Assembly (NCBI RefSeq): GCF_000372725.1
Contig: NW_005202427.1
Location: 496,001 to 560,000 of the forward strand
Reading direction: 5' to 3'
From: Emiliania huxleyi CCMP1516
Taxonomy: Eukaryota
DNA: 64,000 bases
Shown: positions 45,935-56,610 of the stretch, piece after piece
Numbering within the stretch: the stretch's first letter is position 1
Layout of the letters: the number at the start of each line of letters is the position of its first letter
The notes under the pieces: model-generated
The model's database searches: none
Told to the model about the DNA's origin: nothing
Seen by the model: only the letters and a program-made list of their open reading frames with translations
Translations under genes and position numbers: made by a program

Positions 45935-46300
45935 ACAAGGGAAGGATGGGAGTTCCCCGTCTTTGTAGCCTGGCGTTTGTGCCCCGTTTGTGCCGCGTCC
46001 CGTGCCCCCGAGTTCATTTACACAGGGATTTAATCGTTGCATACATGTTGTACACACATCCCTGATATGCAGGATTTCACATGTGCATGAACATGTGACA
46101 TGCGCATGCACATGACATGCACATGCACATGACATGTGCATGTGCATTGTGCGTCCGTCTTTGTGGCCTGGCGTTTGTGCCAAGAACAAGTAAAAATCTC
46201 TCTCTCTCTTTGTGCCCCGTTTGTGCCGCGTCCCGTGCCCAAGAGTTCATTTTGTAAAGAAAGAGATAGCTAGCCCCCATGATGTGTTCACGACAACGTC

Positions 46301-46396
46301 TAGCGCATCACACTCCTCTCCTTAAAATCCCTGTGTGGTGGCGGCGTGCCGTTCTCCCATCCCTCCCTTGGGTTGGTCCGCGTTCTTTCTTTCTTT
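46301..46396 (+). mobile_element. Extremely 5'-truncated non-LTR insertion with 14-bp TSD
   Basis: TTCACGACAACGTC at 46287-46300 and 46397-46410 flanks TAGCGCATCACACTCCTCTCCTTAAAATCCCTGTG...TTCTTTCTTTCTTT. Confidence 0.85.
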
Positions 46397-46483
46397 TTCA
46401 CGACAACGTCCGTGGAAGCACTGGGCGAGCGAGCACTTGCTTGGACTGCAGTCTGCGCCTCGCATCTTCAAACGACTGGCTGT

Positions 46484-47110
46484 ATGGCGCAGGCTCCGCC
46501 CAAGCCTGGTATCGCGCCCGTCGAGCTGGCCATCTCGTGTGTCTTTAGCGTGTTCTTTACCACGAACGCGCTTCTCGACCTCTCAGCCGACTTGTGGGCG
46601 CTGGACGCTCCGCGGGCGCGGCTTGCCTTTCTGCGGGACTGGTATGTCTTTCGGCAGTGGTCGCCCATCGTCAGCCCGCTCTTCCTCGCGCTGACGCTGC
46701 TGCTGCCATTCGCCGTCTTCACGCTCTGCAAGGGAGCGCTGGAGAGCATCTGCGGCTGGCGCAGCGCCTCTCGCCTCCGCCACACGGTCGACATTTTGGA
46801 GGCCGTCATCCTGGTGGGAGTCATTCTTCCCATCGGGATCCCGGCCGCCGTCTCGGCGCAGGAGGCTCTGATTGCCGCGTGCAAGGGCTCTGTCACCGGG
46901 GGCGTGAGTGGCGGCGGGCCCCTCGGCTTCTTTAGCGCAGACACGACCGCCACACTCCGCCCCGGGGACATGTCGGCGTGCAAGGCGAGCGCCGCAGAGC
47001 TGCCGTCGCCGCACCTGCTGATGGTCGCGCTCAACCTGCTCATGTGGGCGTGCGACGTCTTGCGGTACAGCTGCGGCGGTGCGCCGGCCGGCGAGGAGAA
47101 GAGGGACTAG
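46484..47110 (+). CDS. Hypothetical membrane protein (~4 TM), single exon
   Basis: 208 aa from ATG 46484, with four hydrophobic segments and typical GC3 codon bias. Confidence 0.6.
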   Translation: MAQAPPKPGIAPVELAISCVFSVFFTTNALLDLSADLWALDAPRARLAFLRDWYVFRQWSPIVSPLFLALTLLLPFAVFTLCKGALESICGWRSASRLRHTVDILEAVILVGVILPIGIPAAVSAQEALIAACKGSVTGGVSGGGPLGFFSADTTATLRPGDMSACKASAAELPSPHLLMVALNLLMWACDVLRYSCGGAPAGEEKRD

Positions 47111-47512
47111 AGCAGGGCGGTTGTATATTACGGCCACGCGCAGCGTCGCAGATGCACGGGAGAGAGAGAGCGCGCGCGGACCCACACCACACATGCCCGG
47201 GTCTCTTTTATGCTAATTTTGTACTGTGCCGTACGAAAGTCTGTGCAGCTTGTGAGGGACACGATCCCGGCAAGCCTGTTCATGATTACAATAGTATTCA
47301 AGTAGAGCCGTATTGTACTCATAATACACGTGCATCGTGAGTACTCAACTCATGAGTACCACCGCAGTTGAGTATTCATACTCATGAGTACGTCTGGCGC
47401 ATGCGTGAGTACTTGTACTCAAGTCCATGAATACTACTGGCCAGTCGGTCACGTCCCAAAACGCGCTCCCTGAGACTCGACCGACCGCTGGCTCTGCTCC
47501 AGCGCTTCGCAT

Positions 47513-47988
47513 ATGCCACCAAAGAGGAAGAAGGCCCAGCCTCGACTAGAAGTGCAAAAATACAAGCTGCTTCGGCAGCCGATGAATCTTATCGGCACGC
47601 AGGTCAAGTTCCTCGGGTCGTTCTGGGAAGGGCGCATGACGGCCGAAGAGAAAGCTACGGAGTACCTGTGCACGGTGCTTGACTGGAGTACCTGTGCTCG
47701 GTGCTTGACTTTCAGATCGCTCACCGCATGCAGCCTGGCGCCCCGCCGATGCTGGCAGACCCCAACCTCAACCCGGCCCACCTCGCTGTGCTGGTCAGGA
47801 TTGGCTTCAACAAGAAGGCCTTCGAGCCGGCAGTGGCAGCGATCAAGGAGAAGTACTACGAGCTGTTCCGAGGCAAAGGGGGCGAGCACAAGGAGGGCTC
47901 CTCGGGCGCGGCCGGTGCGGCATCTTCATCGGCGGCCGGGGCGGCCGGGGCGGCTTCGTCGTCGGATGCCGCCGACGTGGCATCGTGA
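47513..47988 (+). pseudogene. Internally deleted transposase-like remnant, frameshifted by a 26-bp tandem duplication
   Basis: Begins with NLS-like MPPKRKK. Removing one copy of GGAGTACCTGTGC.CGGTGCTTGACT (47659-47710) joins it to LDFQ...LADPNLNPAHLAVLVRIGFNKK, reminiscent of a hAT C-terminus (tentative). Confidence 0.5.
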
Positions 47989-48140
47989 ATATCTAGCCGC
48001 GGTGCCCTGTGTTGTCTGTGGCTCCGTTTGTGTGTTTTAATTTTGGTCATTATTCTCTTCACAGCGCACGCGAAACGATAGCCCGGTCATGAACAACGAC
48101 AAATCCTCTATCGAGCCACGCCACTAGCACTACTGGCTGC

Positions 48141-48613
48141 CTAATCCTCAATGCCCTCTTCAAACTCAGCAATCGCAGCCTTCACAGCCTCATCTTCCGC
48201 CTTTCGGTACTTCTTCACTGCGCCGTTCAGCTGCGCCTTGCCGCAGTTCTCGTACAGCTCCTCAAGCTCAACCCAGCGTGTATCGGCAAAGCCTGCGTCA
48301 TGCTGGTCCTCTTTGAACGTGCCGCGCGTGAGGTAGCAAATGGTGTTGTCGGCAGCAGCCAGCCTGTTGCGCCGCTTCTTTCCGATCAGTTGATCGGGGT
48401 CGCAAAAGCGCATGCCGAGCACCGCCTCAATCTTGTAGCAGAATGTCGGCACGACCGCGTCTCCGCACCGCCACCTGCCAGCCGCGCCTGGCGCTGCGCC
48501 GCAGCCGCTCTCTGGCACTTGTAGCGGCAGCACATGGTGCGGTGCGCGTACTTGAGCAGGCGGTGCGCGCCGCAGTTGGCGCAGGGACCCTGGGAGTAGG
48601 GCGTGCGCGGCAT
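48141..48613 (-). pseudogene. Cys-rich N-terminus + chromodomain-like cargo/accessory gene in the hAT element (one frameshift)
   Basis: MPRTPYSQGPCANC...CCRYKC, a frameshift at ~48465, then YKIEAVLGMR...YLTRGTF...DTRWVELEEL. Confidence 0.45.
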
Positions 48614-49562
48614 GTGGACGCGCGCTCGGGTATTTCTCGGGTATACCTGGACTTTTGCAGGTATACCCGGGTTTTACCTGCAAGTTGCTCACGCACTTGT
48701 ATTTGAATACATTATTCATATTCATGAGTACAGGCAGACGTGAGTATTCATATTCATGGATACCAGGCGTCATGACTACTCATACTCAACAATACAAGCT
48801 GCCAAAGGATGAGTTGAGTTACTCATTGTAATCTTGAATAGGCTTGGATCCCGGCGTGAACACACGACTAACTGACGCGGATCCGCTCCTGACAGTGGCA
48901 TGCACCGCGCTGCGGCGCGTGCCACTGTCTTTGTTTGAAGTTAAAAGTCGAATCAGAGCGCCGTCGGCGCTGTCCCTCGTTTTCCTCCCACGGACCGCCC
49001 GTCCGGCACCGCTCCGGGACGCACGCCGGCGAAGCACCATCAAGCTGCTGTACGGCCCCGGCATCGCCTCCCCTGGCTTAGCTAGACTAAGAGATATTGT
49101 GTATATGGTTGGTCTCTACAATATACTCACTGGCACTGAACCTCCCAGAGCTCGTCCCGGTCCGCCACGGTCATCCTCGGCCTCCGGAGGGCCCCCGGCC
49201 GCGGCGCGGTGCGGCGGCGTCACAAATCCGACGGCAGAGCACCGGGACGCGGTCGGGCGATCTGAGGTCCAACTAGGCGTATGCATTGCCCATCCAGGGC
49301 TATCACCTCGACCTATCAACAGGCGCCTGCGGCGCCGTGCTCAGGAGCTGCTGTTCACAGCTGCACAGACTTTAGTACGGCACAGTACACATGTCTCTCT
49401 CTCGGGGGGGCGGGCGGCGGGGGGGGGGGCGGCGGGGGGGGTCTTCCGCCACCGACCCTCCCCGAGCTTCGTCACGAGGCACGACACGCTGCGCGGCCGC
49501 ACGGCCCCGGCCGCTCGCTTCTCGACGATGCACTGTGGACACATATGGTCATGGAGCGCGCC

Positions 49563-49938
49563 CAGTGCTCACAAACTTTACCGGTTATGAGACCGGTAAT
49601 TTGGTGATATTTTGATTAGTTTTGGAGTGGCATGGTATAGTGGTATGCGAAAGTGGTATGCATGCGGGGTTTTCATTAGTTGTAGCGGCTGTCGGTGTGG
49701 TCCCGGGGGCGAAACCATGCAAAAGTGCGGGTATTACCCGGGTATACCCGGGTTTTTCCAGGTATACCCGCAAAATACCGGAGGTATCTTGCCGATTTTG
49801 CCGATTTTGCCACCAAGAAGGCACTCCGACTCGCTTTGATTTCCGTGAGGCAACTGGTATCCCGTACCACTTTTTGATTAGTGCAGGCCTTGGGTTTGAT
49901 TAGCCAAAAACTCCCATACCGGTAAAGTTTGAGCACTG
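49563..49938. mobile_element. hAT-type MITE (376 bp) with 8-bp TSD
   Basis: AGCGCGCC|CAGTGCTCACAAACTTTACCGGT ... ACCGGTAAAGTTTGAGCACTG|AGCGCGCC, with the TSD at 49555-49562 and 49939-49946. Confidence 0.88.
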
Positions 49939-50142
49939 AGCGCGCCGCCCTCTGGGGGGGGGGCGGGGGCCCTACAGGCTCGACACAGGTGCGAACTGGC
50001 GCGTGCTAGTACTATCACGAAAGAAAGAAAACAAAACGCCGGGGAGGGATACTGGGCGAGGAAGTTTTGTCGCTTCAGTTCTTTTCGCACAACACTACCT
50101 GTACCTGTGTTAGTGCCAGTGCGCGCCAGTCCCGTGCCCAGT

Positions 50143-50192
50143 AAAAGAAAGAAAACAGACAACCCAAGGGAGGGATGGGAGGACGGCACGCC
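50143..50192 (-). mobile_element. 3'-terminal fragment of the non-LTR family
   Basis: AAAAGAAAGAAAACAGACAACCCAAGGGGAGGGATGGGAGGACGGCACGCC matches the reverse complement of 45883-45930. Confidence 0.75.
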
Positions 50193-51587
50193 TTTATGTA
50201 TGTATGTAGAAAGATGAACAACAGTCAGGCTCGGACTGGACACCAACGCGGTATGGGTGGACGCCCGACAGATGATGACGACACGCACGAACGCCTAAAT
50301 AAATAAATAAAACAGACATCCCAAGCTAGGGCTGGGTCGAGGACAGACACGTCCCCACCTTTGCAGGATTTTGCAAAAGCGAGGGGGGAGGGCGCATCGC
50401 GGCGCGGAGAGGGCTGGGCACGGGCACAGGGGATCTCTCTCGCATAGGATACGCACTCGGCGGCACGAGGGCAAGGCTGGGCGTCCTATTTGTGCTCCCT
50501 CCGTTTCCCTCGCTCTCGGGCACTATTCATCTGACCACTCATCAGAGGGGCTTCTAGGCGATCGGCCGCGCTCCGGGGCAGGGCTGGGTAGGATGGGCTC
50601 GGGCCACTCGCCCGTGCGGGTGTATCCCCGCATGAGCCGGATGGAGGCCTCGACTGTCCCTCGCGGCAGGCTCTCGAGCAGCTCGAGCAGCTCTCCCGCC
50701 GCCACCGCCGCGTCGTACTGCTCCTTCAGGCCGAGCGCGCCGCAGACCCTGCGGACCGCCTCCTGCTGCACCTCGTCCGGTAGTCGGCGGAGGACGCCCG
50801 CTTGGCGGGCGGCGAGTCCGGTGAGGGAGAGCGCGACTGGCGCGAGGGCCCGCCGCCGCGCGCCGACAGCGCGTTCTTGTCGACGAGCCGGGGTCCAGCA
50901 TTGGCGCGGCCGCTGGCACTGCGGCCCTTGCCGCGCTGCTGCTGCCCGCGCTTCCTTCCCGGATTAGGGACAGTGAAAGTGCAGCCGCGCACTCCGCCGC
51001 CGCTGGGCGATGGCGGCACGCGCGCGGCGGCGGCCGGGCCCGCAGGCGCGGCGGGCTGGCCTCCCGCGGTGGCACCCTGCGGGTGCAATGCGGCTGCGGC
51101 GGCGTACGTCATGCTGGTCGCCGGCTCCGCAGCTGGTGGCTCGGCGGCAGGGGCTGGCGGCGCCGCAGGGCTCGCGCTCGCAGGCGGCTCCGTGGCCTGC
51201 GCCTGCCGCTCATGGCGGACCGCGCGCTCGAGCTGTGAGTGCGGGTGGAGCTGCACAATGACGTCGCCGCTCTGCGTCGCGGTGAAGGAGACCGAGTACG
51301 GCGCGTCGCCGTCGTTCTTCTTCTCCGCGTAGACGAGCGCGTAGTCGCACACCTGTCGTTGGTGGTCAGTGAATATGCTCTCCGTGCAGCGCTCGGCGGC
51401 GCCGACGCGAGCAAATTTAATATACGTAGGGTGAACAAAGAACTTGTGAAAAAAAAATTTTGCCACGTCCGCCGCGAACGTCAGTTCTTTCGCACACACC
51501 GGCACGGTGTGACAGGCGCCCAGGCGCACTGAAACACCTCGGGAGCCGCCAAGAGCGGCCAGCCTTCGCACCTATCGGACCTCCGCC

Positions 51588-53860
51588 ATGGCCCTCACCT
51601 GCGGCCGAGCCCTCCTCGCGCTGCTCGCCGTCTACGTGGCGATCCTCTCGCACACGCTGCTCGAGCTCTTCTACCCGTCGCCGTGCCGCGGTGCCGCCTG
51701 TCTGCAGCCGCTGCTGCGCAGCGGCGCCGCCGTCGACCTGCAGGCGCACATCGACGGGCGGCTCGTCTGGAGCGCAGCCGGTGTGAGCAGCGGCGCAGGC
51801 CTCGAGGACGTTGCGTTTGCTGTCCCGGTCCCGGCCGAGGTGCGGCTGGGCAGTCGAGAGGAGCTGCATCTCGACTTCTCCATCGCGCTCGCAGGTCAGC
51901 AGCAGCCCATCGCGCACGCCCGGGCGCTCCTCTGCGCGCGCCGCCAGCCGCGACGCCGCAGCACCGCCCGCATGCTGCTCGCCGAGCCAGCCGTCTCCTC
52001 CTCCACGCCTGGCTCCGCCACTTCCGACTCTGCCGCCGCCGCCGTCCCCGCCGCCTCCGCTTCCAGCGAGCAGAGCGGCGTCGCCGTTTCCAGCGAGCAG
52101 AGCGCCGCCTCCGCTTCCAGCGAGCAGAGCGGCGTCGCCGTCTCCAGCGAGCAGAGCGGCGTCGCCGTCTCCAGCGAGCAGAGCGGCGTCGCCGTCTCCA
52201 GCGAGCAGAGCGGCGTCGCCGTCTCCAGCGAGCAGAGCGGCGTCGCGCCGCCGAACGAGCGGGGCGAGGTGCCGCACTACCTCTATGCGGCGGCGAGCCT
52301 CGAGCTGCGGCTGGTTGCCGACGAGACGCCGCACGCCGGGCCGGTGCTGCCGAGCGACGGGGCCGTGGTCGCGAACGGCGTGGACTGGTCTCGGCGCGTG
52401 TACGCGCCTCGGCTCTACGTCGACGAGCTCGGCCTGCTGGGCAAGCACGCGCTGCCTCTCTCGAGCGACGTGGGCAAGGAGCCTCCTCGGCTGCGGCTGC
52501 GGCTGCTGCCCATCTCCCTCGGTCGGTACCGCGCCACGCGCCAGCTGCACACGGCGCTTGGCGCGCTGCAGGCGGCCAGCGGGATGGAGGCAGTTTGACG
52601 CGCTGCGCGAGCTGTGCCTTCCCCGACCCTTCCCTGACCCTGGCTCTGAACCTTCCTGTAGGCCGAGTTCGACGAGCTACGCGAGCTGCTCTCCGAGAAG
52701 CGCCTCTACCGCTTCGCGCTGATGCAGCTGATCGGGCTGCTCCACGTCGTCTTTGACGCGCTCGCCTTCCGGAACGACGTCGGCTTCTGGAAGGGGCGGG
52801 AGGACCTGAGGGGCCTGTCCTCGCGCGGCGTCATCTTCAACGCGGGCTCCACGCTCGTCATCTTCCTCTACCTGCTCGACGGCGACGGCGTCAACTCGAT
52901 CGTCCTCGCTACCTACGCCTTCTCCACCGCCCTCGAGCTTTGGAAGCTGACCAAGGTGGTTGCGATGCGGCGGCGGGCGCGCGGCGCGGCCGCCGGCGCC
53001 GGCGGCGAGGGCGCGCGCGCCGAGGCGGCGACGGAGCGGTTCGACGAGGTTGCGACGCGGCACTTGACGTGGGGACTCGCGCCGCTGGTCGTCGGCTGGG
53101 CGCTGTACGCGCTGCTCCACTACCCGCACGCGTCGTGGCGCGCCGCTTCCCCGCCGTCCTCCCGCCAGCCCCGCCTCCGAGGGGGCGAGTCACCCACCCT
53201 TGGATTCTGCACCCTCTTGTCAGGTACAGCTGGCTGCTCGGCTCGCTGGCCGACGCGATCTACCTCTTCGGCTTCATCGCGATGACGCCACAGCTCTTCA
53301 TCAACTACAAGGCGCCGAGAGGAGCCGAGAGGGCCCGAGATGGCCCGAGATCTCCCGAGATCCCCAGATCTTCTTCAGCCGCAAGGCGGTTCGCTGCTCA
53401 ACCCCCCCCCGCCCTATCCAGGCCTCGGTCCCTCCCAGGGCATCCCCCTTCCCCGTGCCCCCGCCTGCGCCAGACCAGCCCCCTCGCTTCTGCCGTCGCC
53501 GAGGAAGTACACACGCCGTTTCGAGGCAGAGCTCCCCCGCCCCCCCTCGCGCCAGATGAAGAGCGTCGCCCACCTGCCGTGGCGCGTCCTCGCGTACAAG
53601 GCCTTCAACACCTTCATCGACGACGCCTTCGCGCTGATGGTCGCGATGCCGACCGCCCACCGCGTCGCCTGCCTGCGGGACGACCTCGTCTTCCTCGTCC
53701 TCCTCTACCAGCGCCGCCTCTACCCCGTGGACCGGAAGCGCGCCAATGAGTTCGGCATCGCGTACGAGCGGGACGAGGCGGACGTCGCTCCCGCGCAAGG
53801 GGAGGGCAGCGCGGGAGATGGGGCCGAGGAGGGGCCTGCTAGAGGGGTGGAAGCGGAGGG
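51588..53860 (+). CDS. CLPTM1L: CLPTM1/CLPTM1L-like membrane protein (lipid scramblase family); 3' end runs into the F-box/RCC1 ORF
   Basis: FDALAFRNDVGFWK, GLSSR, FGFIAMTPQLFINYK|MKSVAHLPWR...YKAFNTFIDD, HRVACLRDD, YQRRLYPVD..RANEFG. GC-AG introns at ~52590-52661, ~53138-53223 and ~53312-53555. 27-bp SSEQSGVAV repeats at 52062-52245. Confidence 0.88.
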
Positions 53861-53872
53861 CCTGCTAGAGGG

Positions 53873-55228
53873 GTGGAAGCGGAGGGCGAGGTACCCACCC
53901 GCCTCCTCGACCTCCCCACGGAGCTCCTCGTGCGCGTCGTCTCTCGCTGCGACCCCGCCGACATCGCTCGCGTTGCGGCCGTCTCGCACATCTTCCACGC
54001 CTCGCTTGCGAAGGAGGGCATCCGTTTGCGCCTGCAAGAGGCCGGCTACGAGCCACCGGCGCAGCCGGAGGGCGAGAGCTGTGCCATGCGGTGGCTGTGT
54101 CTCGCTGCCTTGCTGCGCGAGTCCAACCCGCCGGCGAGGGCGGCGGCAGGCCAACGGCACAGCCTCTTCATCGACGGCGAGGGGCGGCTCTCGTCGTGCG
54201 GCGCAGATCCGGATCAAGAGGGGCGGCTCGGCCACGGCGAGGGCGTGACGCGGCTCAACACGCCGACGCGCCTCTCGTCGACGCTGGGCGGCGAGCGCGC
54301 CGTGAGCGTGGCGGCTGGAGAGAGCCACAGCATCGCTCTCACCGCCGACGGCAGCGCCTGGAGCTGGGGCCGGGGAGGCGGTGGCCGGTTGGGCCACGGC
54401 GACGAGCAGAGCCAGCTGCTGCCGAAGAAGGTCGAGGCCTTGGCTGATCAGCGCGTCGTCGCGGTCTCGGCGGGACTCGCGCACAGCTTCGCCATCACCG
54501 CCGATGGCGCTGTCTGGAGCTGGGGCAGTGGAGCTTATGGTGGCCGGCTGGGCCACGGCGACGAGCAGGACCAGCTGCTGCCGAAGAAGGTCGAGGCTTT
54601 GGCAGGCCAGCGCGTCGTCGCTGTGTCGGCTGGAGTCGGCCACAGCCTCGCCATCACCGCCGATGGCGCCATCTGGAGCTGGGGCTATGGAGGCTACGGC
54701 CGGCTAGGCCACGGCGACGAGCAGGACCAGCTGCTGCCGGAGAAGGTCGAGGCCTTGGCTGGCCAGCGCGTCGTCGCTGTGTCGGCTGGAGGCGGCCACA
54801 GCCTCGCCATCACCGCCGATGGCGCCATCTGGAGCTGGGGCTCTGGACCCTTTGGCAAGCTGGGCCATGGCGACACGCAGAACCAGCTGCAACCGAAGAA
54901 GGTCGAGGCCTTGGCTGGTCAGCGCGTCGTCGCTGTCTTGGCGGGATTCGCGCACAGCCTCGCCATCACCGCCGATGGCGCTGTCTGGAGCTGGGGCAGT
55001 GGTTTGCGAGGCAAGTTGGGCCACGGCGACGAGCAGAGCCAGCTGCTGCCGAAGAAGGTCGAGGCCTTTGCTGACCAGCGCGTCGTCGCTGTGTCGGCAG
55101 GGGAAGACCACGGCCTCGCCATCACCACCGATGGCGCTATCCTCGCATGGGGCAGGGGCGATACCGGCTGCCTAGGACACGGAGCTGACCTGTCGAACCA
55201 GCTGCTGCCCAAAAAGGTCGAGCGATAG
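53873..55228 (+). CDS. F-box + RCC1-repeat protein (no ATG of its own upstream of the F-box)
   Basis: LLDLPTELLVRVVSRC (F-box), then about 7 RCC1 repeats VSAG..HSLAITADGA.WSWG.G..GRLGHGD....L.PKKVE. Confidence 0.82.
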   Translation: MEAEGEVPTRLLDLPTELLVRVVSRCDPADIARVAAVSHIFHASLAKEGIRLRLQEAGYEPPAQPEGESCAMRWLCLAALLRESNPPARAAAGQRHSLFIDGEGRLSSCGADPDQEGRLGHGEGVTRLNTPTRLSSTLGGERAVSVAAGESHSIALTADGSAWSWGRGGGGRLGHGDEQSQLLPKKVEALADQRVVAVSAGLAHSFAITADGAVWSWGSGAYGGRLGHGDEQDQLLPKKVEALAGQRVVAVSAGVGHSLAITADGAIWSWGYGGYGRLGHGDEQDQLLPEKVEALAGQRVVAVSAGGGHSLAITADGAIWSWGSGPFGKLGHGDTQNQLQPKKVEALAGQRVVAVLAGFAHSLAITADGAVWSWGSGLRGKLGHGDEQSQLLPKKVEAFADQRVVAVSAGEDHGLAITTDGAILAWGRGDTGCLGHGADLSNQLLPKKVER

Positions 55229-56610
55229 CCGATAGAGTCCCAGACGGAACCGAGATGAGCCGAGATTAGCAAAAGAGTTTTGAGTAAAAATGTTACCAAC
55301 CAACTTCAACTTTTTGAGCCGATCACCGGGCATGAGCGCGGAAGCGCCTGTGCTTCGAGAGAGATTGTTGTTTGGCTGGTTCCAATTCAGACAAACTCTG
55401 ACACGTGAGTCGTGACCCGCACATCTGCCCTCTACTTAACCGTACTTGATCGGGAAGTCGGTGCTAGGGGAGACTAGTGTGGAGCCGGGGCCCCCCGTTT
55501 CCGCACTGCGGCGCGGCGCACGGTGCCTCCGGGGGCCCCCGCCTCCCCCACGCCCCAGAGGCGCCGCCGCCACCCCGCGCTTTAATCGTACGGCTTTAAT
55601 CGTTTCGACACCGCGCTCATGCGTGGTCGTGGCCGCTCGAGCCTCTGTCTCTCGAGCGTCGAGGGCCTCCCACGCCACGAGCGCGCGCAAGTGGCGACGG
55701 AGCGGCGCGAGCGAGGCCGAGAGCCCGAGGCCGACGGAATTTTAGTACGTAGGTTCGAAAAGCATTTTACAACCTTCTGAGAAATCCTTCCTTGTTAGTA
55801 AAAGATTTTTTTGACTGTTCGGTGCTATTTTTTCGCGCGACCCTGGCCAGGGTTCCAACGTTTGAGCACTTGAGCACTTGATAGGGTCGATTCCGCATGG
55901 TACGGGACCCCTGCACCCCTCCGATCGTCTCGCCCACCCTCACTGGTGTGTTCATTGGGGGGGGTCATAACAAACACGGTACAGGATCGAGGTGCACAAC
56001 CCCGGGCCCGAAATCGCTCCGATCACACACACTCGCGCCCCTTCTCTGCGCCAGAATTCCGCCCGGGCAAATTCCTTTTATTGCGAAGTCGGAAAGTTCT
56101 TTTTTAGGACAGTGGGCCTATCCCCCCCCGCCTGCTGGCAGACCTGCTTGGGGGTATGGTATAGTCTTGGGCGGTCAGGACCATACCCCCACACCCCTTT
56201 GGGCCCGCACCATGTGTGTGTGAGTGAGTGAGTATTCTTGATACGAAACCACGACGACACACACCAGTCGACTCGCATCGGTTGCCTCCATGAATGGCGG
56301 AGCTAATCTCGCGTCCACACACACAGATAGCGCACCATACCAGGTAGGTACTTGTTAGGTAGGAACCGACCGCGCCCGCCGCGCGAACGGACTCATCATC
56401 ACCTCCCTTCAACATACAGTAACCTCTAACAAACCGCCGCGCATAACTGACTCCTCATCACCTCCCTACCAACATACAGAGGGAGAAAGGTGAACAACAG
56501 CCGCCCGGGGGGGGCAAGGCTCGGACTGAACCGGCTGCCGTCCTGGACAAAAGTTGGAACCCTGGCGGCGACGACGCGGTCGTTGCGAGCATTCGCGGCT
56601 GGCACTGACC

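Larger units (their letters stand above)
47271..48846 (+). mobile_element. hAT-like non-autonomous DNA transposon with 22-bp TIRs, 8-bp TSD and GAGTA/TACTC subterminal repeats
   Basis: GATCCCGG|CAAGCCTGTTCATGATTACAAT ... ATTGTAATCTTGAATAGGCTTG|GATCCCGG, with the TSD at 47263-47270 and 48847-48854. Confidence 0.88.
47224..49385. mobile_element. TA-flanked MITE (outer element, ~30 bp TIRs) hosting a nested hAT-like insertion
   Basis: TA|CTGTGCCGTACGAAAGTCTGTGCAGCT at 47222-47250 and AGCTGCACAGACTTTAGTACGGCACAG|TA at 49359-49387 (1 mismatch). Confidence 0.8.

Noticed and set aside
50523..51571. Minus-strand ORF pieces with some codon bias
   Set aside because: No clear start, frameshifted and with no recognisable family; could be a decayed gene or element but cannot be supported.
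55846..56566. Possible hAT-like element with GCCAGGGTTCCAAC / GTTGGAACCCTGGC inverted ends
   Set aside because: A 14-bp inverted repeat is present but there is no matching TSD and no coding remnant; insufficient support.
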